Positions 1-6,934 of a stretch of DNA of 12,354 bases are shown one piece after another. Position numbers and translations under genes: made by a program. The stretch covers positions 1-12,354 of the forward strand of contig JBDIWJ010000044.1 in NCBI GenBank assembly GCA_039638295.1, given 5' to 3'. Position 1 is the first letter of the stretch. Each line of letters opens with the position of its first letter. This DNA is from Candidatus Phoenicimicrobium oleiphilum (GTDB taxonomy: Bacteria > Atribacterota > Phoenicimicrobiia > Phoenicimicrobiales > Phoenicimicrobiaceae). Below the pieces are notes generated by a model. It did not search any database. It was not told the DNA's origin and saw only the letters and a list, made by a program, of their open reading frames with translations.

Positions 1-1
1 T

Positions 2-151
<150 letters not shown>

Positions 152-182
152 AAAATATTTAAGATATATTAAAAAAGGAAAA

Positions 183-1070
183 TTGCTTACCATGGATCGA
201 TCATCATCAACAAAGGCAGCTGAAAGCGGTCTAAGGGTACAGGGAATTTTGATGATGCTTATTGCGGCATTTTGTTTTGCTGTTATGGCTATGTTGATAA
301 AATTTGTATCAGATATCCCCTTAATGGAAATAATATTATTCCGCAATATCCCTATAATGTTAGTAATTCCTTTAATGATACTAGAAAAAGGAATACCTAT
401 TTTAGGGAATAACCGGTCTTTATTGTTATTACGAAGCGTCCTTATTATTTTTGCTATGGCCTCTTATTTTTATACTGTTAAAGTTATGCCCTTAACCGAT
501 GCTATCACCATTAAAGAATTGGCCCCCTTTTTATCAGTATTTTTTGCAGCTATATTTTTAAAGGAAAAGATAAGTTTAAAATCGGTTTCTATATTTGTTT
601 TTGGTTTTTTGGGGATGTTATTAGTAGTGAAACCGGGAATTCGCGTAGATATTTTCCCGGTATTCATTGGTTTAGGGGGAGCAATACTGACTGCAGTGGG
701 TTATATAATGATACGTTATTTACGTTCAGATGACCATCCCTTAGTAATAGTTAATTACTTTGGATACATTATAGGTTTGACGGCTTTGGGGGTATTATTG
801 TGGCAAAAAAATTTCATCATCCCGGACCTAAAAAGCTTAATTATTTTAATTTTGATAGGAATAGCAGGATTAGGTGGGCAATATTTTCTAACCTTATCAT
901 ATTATATAGCGCCCCCAAAATTGGTGTCTCTTTATTTATATTCACAAATTATATTTGGTGCTATTTTTGACATTTTTATTTTTAAAAAAGCTCCTGATTT
1001 ATTTAGCTTATTCGGTGCCTCTTTTATAATTTTAAGCGGATATTTAAATTATAAATTGAAAGCGGAGTAA
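183..1070 (+). CDS. EamA/DMT family drug/metabolite transporter
   Basis: About 295 aa, very hydrophobic, about 10 TM segments in two EamA repeats (FRN..., APFLSVFFAAIFLKEKIS, LLVVKPG). The start is either TTG 183 or ATG 192. Confidence 0.9.
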   Translation: MLTMDRSSSTKAAESGLRVQGILMMLIAAFCFAVMAMLIKFVSDIPLMEIILFRNIPIMLVIPLMILEKGIPILGNNRSLLLLRSVLIIFAMASYFYTVKVMPLTDAITIKELAPFLSVFFAAIFLKEKISLKSVSIFVFGFLGMLLVVKPGIRVDIFPVFIGLGGAILTAVGYIMIRYLRSDDHPLVIVNYFGYIIGLTALGVLLWQKNFIIPDLKSLIILILIGIAGLGGQYFLTLSYYIAPPKLVSLYLYSQIIFGAIFDIFIFKKAPDLFSLFGASFIILSGYLNYKLKAE

Positions 1071-1150
1071 TGCATACTTTGTTTTGTAGTTTTCAGCAAA
1101 GTTGTTAAAGAATCCTATTATGATGGTATTTTTTAAAAAAAGGTGAATAG

Positions 1151-2722
1151 ATGATGTCTGACTATCGAGGTGATGATTTTACTAATAAGGATGAGAGATT
1201 TATTGGTGGAGAGATTGGTTTTCTCCAGAAATCACTACAGCTCTTTGGTGGATGTCCTTTTCTTATTGATGATAAACATACTTACTCGTTTCTCGAGACC
1301 GATAGAATTTCTACTCAGCTTAGCCGTGGACTAAGTCGTCTTGGGATAAGACAGGGAAACAGGATAATCCTATACCTGGAGGGTGGAGCGGAATTTGTTT
1401 TCTCTCGCTTAGCATTGCGAAAACTTGGCGCTGTGATAATTCCTTTAAATACTGATTTTAGTGCTCCGAAGATTGAAAAAATTATTGGCGATATTAAGGC
1501 AGATTGGATGATAGTTAGTAAAAGACTCCTATGTGTTTTGCAAAAAACAACCCTTCCTGGCTTGTCTGGACGGGTGATTGTTGTTGGCGAAATTCCGTGG
1601 GATTTTAAAGGTTTTAAAGTAAAAAGTTTCAAGCAGTTACTCGAAGAAAGGGAATCAGATATACATTTTATAACTACTGACCTTAATAGCGATGCTACAA
1701 TTTGTTATACTTCAGGTACTACTGGCCCTCCAAAAGGCATAGTATATACACACCGAAATACCCTGGCTGCTGGTAGGTGGATGGCAAAGGCGACAGGGAT
1801 GCAACCTGGTGATGTGTTGCTTACTGCTATCCCTATGTATGTTTCTTCGAATTTTAATGGCCACTTTCTTGCCAGCTTAATGCAGGGGGTGTCGATAGTC
1901 TTATTAAAAAGATTCGATCCGGAAGATGTGCTGGCAAAGATAGAAGCCCACAAGGTAACAATTTTTCATGCCACAGGAAATATGTATGTCAATATCTTAA
2001 ATAATAAAAATTTCTCTAATTACAATCTCTCTTCTCTGAAAATGGTGACCTGGTCCAATATCTTGCCGAAAGCACTGCAGTTGCAACTGCGTAGGGCTTT
2101 TCCCAGCGCGGAAATAATGCAGTTTTACGGTTTTGCTGAGGGGGGACCTGTGGGAACATATATAAAACTTCAAGATCTTTTTCAGAAACCTGGTTCATGT
2201 GGCAAGATTGATCCAGGGTTTGCCTGCTTTCGGGTTGTTGATGAAAAGGGGAGCGATGTGTCCCCAGGAGAGATTGGTGAGATTATCTACCAGAGTCCAG
2301 GTCTTATGCGAGCATACTATCAGAATCCGCAGGCAACAGAGAAAGCCATTAGAAATGGCTGGTATTATACCGGGGATTTGGGAAGACTTGATCAAGATGG
2401 TTTTTTATATATTGTCGGCCGCAACAAGGACATTATCAATTGTGGTGGTGAGAGAGTTTATCCTGTAGAAGTAGAAGAAGTATTATTTAAACATCCCGCA
2501 ATATTGGACGTAGCCGTACTAGGTGTGACGCATCCTACACTCGGACAGGAGATTAAAGCCTTTGTAGTGCTAAAAGAAGGGTTTCAAGTTACCGTAGAAG
2601 AACTTATTGTCCATTGCCAAAAGATGAATTTATCTCCATATAAAATACCTGGTAAAATTGAATTTAGAAAAGCATTACCTAAAAATAGTATGGGGAAGAC
2701 ATTGAAGGGCGAATTAATTTAG
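1151..2722 (+). CDS. AMP-binding (ANL superfamily) acyl/aryl-CoA ligase, substrate unknown
   Basis: YTSGTTGPPKG P-loop, YGFAEG, YYTGDLG, GRNKDII and C-terminal PKNSMGK with the catalytic Lys. AGGTG RBS at 1141-1145. Confidence 0.9.
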   Translation: MMSDYRGDDFTNKDERFIGGEIGFLQKSLQLFGGCPFLIDDKHTYSFLETDRISTQLSRGLSRLGIRQGNRIILYLEGGAEFVFSRLALRKLGAVIIPLNTDFSAPKIEKIIGDIKADWMIVSKRLLCVLQKTTLPGLSGRVIVVGEIPWDFKGFKVKSFKQLLEERESDIHFITTDLNSDATICYTSGTTGPPKGIVYTHRNTLAAGRWMAKATGMQPGDVLLTAIPMYVSSNFNGHFLASLMQGVSIVLLKRFDPEDVLAKIEAHKVTIFHATGNMYVNILNNKNFSNYNLSSLKMVTWSNILPKALQLQLRRAFPSAEIMQFYGFAEGGPVGTYIKLQDLFQKPGSCGKIDPGFACFRVVDEKGSDVSPGEIGEIIYQSPGLMRAYYQNPQATEKAIRNGWYYTGDLGRLDQDGFLYIVGRNKDIINCGGERVYPVEVEEVLFKHPAILDVAVLGVTHPTLGQEIKAFVVLKEGFQVTVEELIVHCQKMNLSPYKIPGKIEFRKALPKNSMGKTLKGELI

Positions 2723-2859
2723 ACTACTATTAATAGAAGCAGTAGCATTGCGGATTTAAGCCTCCGAGGCATTTATTTAGAAAAATGCTATTAAATTTTA
2801 TTGAAAAATTTAATGGTGAAGTTAAGAAAGAACAAGAAAAAATAATTTATTGGCAAAAT

Positions 2860-2888
2860 TTGACAAATTTTATAAATAATGATAAAAT
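2860..2888 (+). promoter_or_regulatory. sigma70/sigmaA promoter for the riboswitch-ANTAR-gdh unit
   Basis: TTGACA 2860-2865, 17-nt spacer, TAAAAT 2883-2888 with extended -10 TG at 2880-2881. Predicted TSS near 2895, just before the aptamer. Confidence 0.8.
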
Positions 2889-2910
2889 TTCAAAAAAATT
2901 GAATATATTT

Positions 2911-3025
2911 ACAGAAGTGTGCCTAGGGTTCCGTCTAAATTAATTATTAGAGTCTGGACCAAGCGGCGCAAGGTATCAACTTGATACTACACTTTTAGGA
3001 TAAAAGCCTGAGAGATAGGTTCTGT
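2911..3025 (+). ncRNA. ykkC-family riboswitch aptamer, most like the ppGpp-sensing subtype 2a
   Basis: Conserved blocks CUAGGGUUCCG (2923-2933), CUGGACCAAG (2954-2963), ACAC and the AUAAAAG loop (3000-3006). P0 ACAGAA/UUCUGU (2911-2916/3020-3025), P1 UGUGCC/GGCGCA, P2 GUAUCA/UGAUAC. P0 is present (absent in guanidine-I) and the loop is AUAAAAG rather than the PRPP-type AUAGAAG. Confidence 0.88.
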
Positions 3026-3060
3026 TAATACAACCATTACCTATTTTTCAGGCTTTTTTT
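3002..3060 (+). terminator. Intrinsic terminator (riboswitch expression platform, ON-switch layout)
   Basis: 19-bp stem AAAAGCCUGAGAGAUAGGU (3002-3020) / ACCUAUUUUUCAGGCUUUU (3039-3057) with a U run to 3060. The left arm is the 3' end of the aptamer, so the two folds exclude each other. Confidence 0.9.
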
Positions 3061-3137
3061 ATAAATAAAAGCATTTAATGCTTTAATTAAATGAAGAAAA
3101 AATTTATTAATTTTAAAAAAATAATAAGGAATATTGT

Positions 3138-3842
3138 ATGGCTGACTTGGATTATAAAGATTATTTAAAGACATTAAATAAAATAAGCAGAGCTATAGTT
3201 TCTGATCTTTATCTTGAGGACATCTTAAAGCTCATCGTGACTCTAACTGCCAACGTGATGAAAGCAAAGGTCTGTAATGTGTGGTTAATAGATGAAAAAA
3301 AACAAGAATTTAATATTAAAGCAACACAATCAATGCATCAGGAATATTTAGATAAAAGAACCATAAAATTAAACGAAGGTATTGTAGGGCTAGTAGCCAG
3401 AGAAAAAAAACCAAAGATAATTTATGATGTATTAAAAGAGGAACAATATAAAGAAAAAAAACTTGCCAGAAAAGAAGGTTTAGTTTCTATGGCAAGTATC
3501 CCTATGATGGTTAGAAATAAAGTTATAGGAGTACTTAATGTATATACCAATAAGCCTTATGAATTTAGTAAAGCGGAAGTTACGCTTTTGAGCACTATTG
3601 CCAATCAGGCAGCAGTGGCTATAGAAAAAACTGAGCTAATAGTTAAAACGAAAATAATTCAAGAAGAGTTAGATACGAGAAAAAGAGTAGAAAGGGCAAA
3701 AGGTATATTAATGGAAGAAAGGAATCTAAACGAAAGTGAGGCTTTTTCTTTAATTAGAAGAACTAGTATGGATAAACGAATTTCTATGAGAGAGGTCGCT
3801 GAAGCTATAATTCTTTCTTATGAAATACGTCAAGTAAAATAA
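3138..3842 (+). CDS. GAF-ANTAR one-component RNA-binding antitermination regulator
   Basis: N-terminal GAF domain (EGIVGLVA...SIPMMVRNKVIGVLNV...F...EVTLLSTIANQAAVAIE), a coiled coil, then ANTAR (RKRVERAKGILMEERNLNESEAFSLIRRTSMDKRISMREVAEAII). No receiver domain. AAGGA RBS at about 3127-3131. Confidence 0.93.
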   Translation: MADLDYKDYLKTLNKISRAIVSDLYLEDILKLIVTLTANVMKAKVCNVWLIDEKKQEFNIKATQSMHQEYLDKRTIKLNEGIVGLVAREKKPKIIYDVLKEEQYKEKKLARKEGLVSMASIPMMVRNKVIGVLNVYTNKPYEFSKAEVTLLSTIANQAAVAIEKTELIVKTKIIQEELDTRKRVERAKGILMEERNLNESEAFSLIRRTSMDKRISMREVAEAIILSYEIRQVK

Positions 3843-3874
3843 TATAAATAAAATACGATATTAACGGTTCGAAT

Positions 3875-3940
3875 TTCTACAAGGGAGTAGAATATACGGC
3901 AAAGAAGCCTAATTATTTCCACAAGGCCAAAGAAGTCCTT
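3875..3940 (+). promoter_or_regulatory. ANTAR target RNA element with three hexaloop hairpins
   Basis: H1 UUCUAC-AAGGGA-GUAGAA (3875-3892); H2 GGC-AAAGAA-GCC (3898-3909); H3 AAGGCC-AAAGAA-GUCCUU (3923-3940, one mismatch). Each has a C-G closed 6-nt loop with A1 and G4, the ANTAR substrate consensus. H3 overlaps the terminator. Confidence 0.85.
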
Positions 3941-3978
3941 TTATGACAATGTTTGTCTTAAGAGGGCTTCTTTTTTTT
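3929..3978 (+). terminator. Intrinsic terminator upstream of gdh, overlapping ANTAR hairpin H3
   Basis: AAAGAAGUCCUUUUA (3929-3943) pairs with UAAGAGGGCUUCUUU (3959-3973), extended by GACAA/UUGUC. U8 tract at 3971-3978. Confidence 0.88.
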
Positions 3979-4123
3979 GAACAGGCCTTTGCACTTAAGA
4001 TAAACAGAAGAAAACAGGAGGTGGTGCGTCTTATTCGGTTCTAAATATTAAATAGAAAAGATAAAAAACATTTTTTATAATTCAAGAAATTTTACTATTA
4101 TTTAGATAGAAAGGGGATTAACA

Positions 4124-5425
4124 ATGGCGAATCAAATGGATACTCTTGAAATGTTACAAATGAAGTTAGAAAAGGATGCTGATAAAATAGATGCTTTTAA
4201 AATGGCACAAATACAGTTAGAAAAAGCTGCCCATAAGATGAATTTGGACTTTAATATTTTATCTCAACTGAAAGAACCAGAAAGAGTATTAATGGTTTCT
4301 ATTCCAGTAAAGATGGATGATGGAACGGTGAAAGTATTTACTGGTTTTAGATCACAATATAATACTGCTCGAGGACCAGCAAAAGGTGGAGTAAGATACC
4401 ATCCTGATGTTACTTTAGATGAAGTGAAAGCTCTTTCTGCCTGGATGACCTGGAAATGCGCGGTGGCGGGGATACCCTATGGTGGAGCCAAAGGAGGAGT
4501 AATTTGCAATCCAAAAGAAATGTCAGAAGGGGAATTAGAGAGACTTTCCCGGAGATATATCTATGAAATTTCATCTATTATTGGTCCTGAAAAAGATATT
4601 CCCGCACCTGATGTATATACAACTCCCCAGGTTATGGGTTGGTATATAGACACCTATAATAAACTTACTGGTAAAGCAAATTATTCCACCATAACTGGGA
4701 AACCTTTAGAATTATGGGGTTCGGAAGGAAGAGGAGAAGCAACTGCTCGTGGTTTATCTTATACAGTAGAAGTAGCTGTCAAACAACTAAATATCAACCC
4801 TTCAGAGGCAAAAGTAGTAATTCAAGGATATGGTAATGCTGGTTCAATTGCTGCAAAATTACTACACGATCAAGGATATAAAATTATTGCGGTTAGTGAT
4901 TCAAAAGGTGGGGCTTACAATCCTCAAGGGATCGATCCCTTGCAAATTTTAAGTTATAAGGCTACAACTGGTTCTGTAAGGGGATTTCCAAATACGAAGT
5001 TCATCTCTAATGAGGATTTACTGGAATTAGAATGCGATGTTTTAGTACCGGCAGCCTTAGAAGGGGTAATTACCGAGAAGAATGCAAATAATATAAGAGC
5101 GAAGATTGTAGCTGAAGCTGCTAATGGGCCTACTACTCCTGAAGCGGATGAAATACTGTTCCATAAAGGAGTTTTTGTAATACCTGATATTTTAGCTAAT
5201 TCTGGGGGAGTTACTGTATCTTACTTTGAGTGGGTACAAGGTCTTTATGGTTATTTCTGGGACGAAGAAAGAGTAAATAGAAGGTTAAAAAAATTAATGG
5301 TAAAGGCCTTTAGTGAAGTATTGAGAGTTGCTCAAAAGGAAAAGACAGACAATCGAACTGCTGCCTACATATATGCTATATCACAAGTAGCGAAAGCAAT
5401 GAAAGCACGAGGGATTTGGCCCTAA
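4124..5425 (+). CDS. gdhA: Glutamate dehydrogenase (Glu/Leu/Phe/Val dehydrogenase family)
   Basis: GPAKGGVRYHP, MTWK, PYGGAKGG, DIPAPDV, GRGEATARG, QGYGNAG dinucleotide motif, EAANGP and PDILANSGGVTVSYFEWVQ. AAAGGGGA RBS at 4110-4117. Confidence 0.95.
   Translation: MANQMDTLEMLQMKLEKDADKIDAFKMAQIQLEKAAHKMNLDFNILSQLKEPERVLMVSIPVKMDDGTVKVFTGFRSQYNTARGPAKGGVRYHPDVTLDEVKALSAWMTWKCAVAGIPYGGAKGGVICNPKEMSEGELERLSRRYIYEISSIIGPEKDIPAPDVYTTPQVMGWYIDTYNKLTGKANYSTITGKPLELWGSEGRGEATARGLSYTVEVAVKQLNINPSEAKVVIQGYGNAGSIAAKLLHDQGYKIIAVSDSKGGAYNPQGIDPLQILSYKATTGSVRGFPNTKFISNEDLLELECDVLVPAALEGVITEKNANNIRAKIVAEAANGPTTPEADEILFHKGVFVIPDILANSGGVTVSYFEWVQGLYGYFWDEERVNRRLKKLMVKAFSEVLRVAQKEKTDNRTAAYIYAISQVAKAMKARGIWP
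4134..4235 (+). repeat. Degenerate in-frame 51-nt tandem duplication at the gdh 5' end
   Basis: 4134-4184 vs 4185-4235 are 39/51 identical with no gaps (counted by hand). They encode MDTLEMLQMKLEKDADK and IDAFKMAQIQLEKAAHK. Confidence 0.85.
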
Positions 5426-5496
5426 TTTATTTATTATTTATTGGTGATTTGGTAAAAAACAATGAAAAACTCAATTAGCGAAGTGGGTGAGGAAAG

Positions 5497-6912
5497 ATGG
5501 CAAAAATAGAATTTAGTAATCGAACAAATCTTATAGAACAGGCAGTTTATAAATTTAACCTTCAGGATGTAGCGGAACCAAACCTTTATCGGGAAATATT
5601 CCCCTACACAGAGATACCCAGAGTAACCTTTAACCATAGACTTGTTCCGATGTTTGTCCCTGAGGAGATCTGGATTACGGATACTACTTTTAGGGATGGC
5701 CAGCAATCCAGGTCTCCCTATAAAGCAGATCAGATAGTAAGAATTTACGATTATTTACATAAACTTGATAATGATTCAGGGCTTATAAGGCAAACGGAAT
5801 TTTTTATTTATTCTAAAAGTGATAGGGAAGCTGTAGAAAAATGTCTAAGCAAAGGATACAAGTACCCAGAAGTAACCACCTGGATAAGGGCGAAAGAAGA
5901 GGATTTTAAATTAGCAAAAAAGATGGGGATAAAAGAGACCGGCATATTAGTCCCTTGTTCTGATTATCATATATTTAAAAAGCTTAACCTTACTCGGGCA
6001 AAGGCCGTAGAATTATATATTTCTGTTGTCAAATTAGCTTTGGAAAACGGAGTGATCCCCCGATGTCATTTTGAAGATATTACTCGGGCTGATTTTTATG
6101 GGTTTGTAGTTCCCTTTGCCAATGAGCTTATGAAACTTTCCCAACAGGCGAAAATTCCTATCAAAATTAGAGCTTGTGATACTTTAGGTTTAGGTGTTTC
6201 TTATCCAGGAGCTGCTTTGCCTCGATGTGTGCAAGGTATTATATATGGGCTTAGGCATTATGCTGAAGTGCCTTCAGAATGGCTCGAGTGGCACGGACAC
6301 AATGATTTTTATAAAGTTGTAACCAATTCTACTACGGCTTGGCTTTATGGAGCTTCTTCAGTAAATACGTCTCTTTTAGGAATAGGTGAAAGAACGGGAA
6401 ACTGTCCTCTGGAAGCAATGGTTATTGAATATGCTCAACTTAGAGGAACTTTAAAAAATGTAAAATTGGAAGTAATAACTGATATAGCTAATTATTTCGA
6501 AAAAGAAGTCAAATATAAAATTCCATCTCGAACTCCTTTCGTAGGGAAAAATTTTAATAAAACCCGGGCAGGGATTCATGCTGATGGGGTACTAAAATAT
6601 GAAGAAGTTTATAATATTTTCGATACAGAAAAATTTTTAAAAAGACCGTTGAAAGTATCAGTTGGTGCGCATTCAGGTCTGGCAGGAATTGCTTTTTGGG
6701 TAAATAATTATTTTAAGCTTGAAGGTGACAGAAAAATAGATAAAAGAGACTCAAGAATTTCAAAGATAAAAGAATACATAGATAGAGAATATGCCAAAGG
6801 CAGGGTGACAAGTTTTAGCGATGAAGAATTAGAATCTCTAGTAACCTTATTTTTTGAAAGAGGAGTATGGGGCGAAGGAGAAGTACCTGGTTTTGATTCG
6901 GCGGAACCATAA
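5497..6912 (+). CDS. Re-citrate synthase (DRE-TIM metallolyase; often auto-annotated as 2-isopropylmalate or homocitrate synthase)
   Basis: ITDTTFRDGQQ, SDYHIFKKL, RCHFEDITRADFYGFVVPF, EWHGHNDF, GIGERTGN and TRAGIHADG match my recollection of clostridial Re-citrate synthase. No LeuA regulatory domain. Followed by aconitase and icd. Confidence 0.88.
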   Translation: MAKIEFSNRTNLIEQAVYKFNLQDVAEPNLYREIFPYTEIPRVTFNHRLVPMFVPEEIWITDTTFRDGQQSRSPYKADQIVRIYDYLHKLDNDSGLIRQTEFFIYSKSDREAVEKCLSKGYKYPEVTTWIRAKEEDFKLAKKMGIKETGILVPCSDYHIFKKLNLTRAKAVELYISVVKLALENGVIPRCHFEDITRADFYGFVVPFANELMKLSQQAKIPIKIRACDTLGLGVSYPGAALPRCVQGIIYGLRHYAEVPSEWLEWHGHNDFYKVVTNSTTAWLYGASSVNTSLLGIGERTGNCPLEAMVIEYAQLRGTLKNVKLEVITDIANYFEKEVKYKIPSRTPFVGKNFNKTRAGIHADGVLKYEEVYNIFDTEKFLKRPLKVSVGAHSGLAGIAFWVNNYFKLEGDRKIDKRDSRISKIKEYIDREYAKGRVTSFSDEELESLVTLFFERGVWGEGEVPGFDSAEP

Positions 6913-6934
6913 GGAAAGAGGAGGTTTTTTAATT

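Noticed and set aside
2743..2813. Small inverted repeats after the ligase (GCCT-CCG-AGGC, GCATTT/AAATGC, TTAAATTTT/AAAATTTAA)
   Set aside because: Stems are short or AT-only with no clean U tract, so a terminator call is not supported.
2911..3025. Guanidine-I or PRPP assignment for the ykkC RNAs
   Set aside because: P0 pairing is present, the P3 loop is AUAAAAG rather than AUAGAAG, and no guanidine or purine genes follow. Not formally excluded without a binding assay.
3806..3811. TATAAT inside the ANTAR gene as an internal promoter for gdh
   Set aside because: No -35-like hexamer at 16-18 nt and no extended -10 TG.
4016..4044. Strong SD-like AGGAGGTG after terminator 2, with a tiny GTG-started ORF
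   Set aside because: The GTG codons overlap or abut the SD, so there is no start at usable spacing. A leader peptide is not supported.
6854..6934. 27-aa N-terminal extension of aconitase in the ORF track
   Set aside because: It overlaps the upstream gene, and a strong RBS supports ATG 6935.
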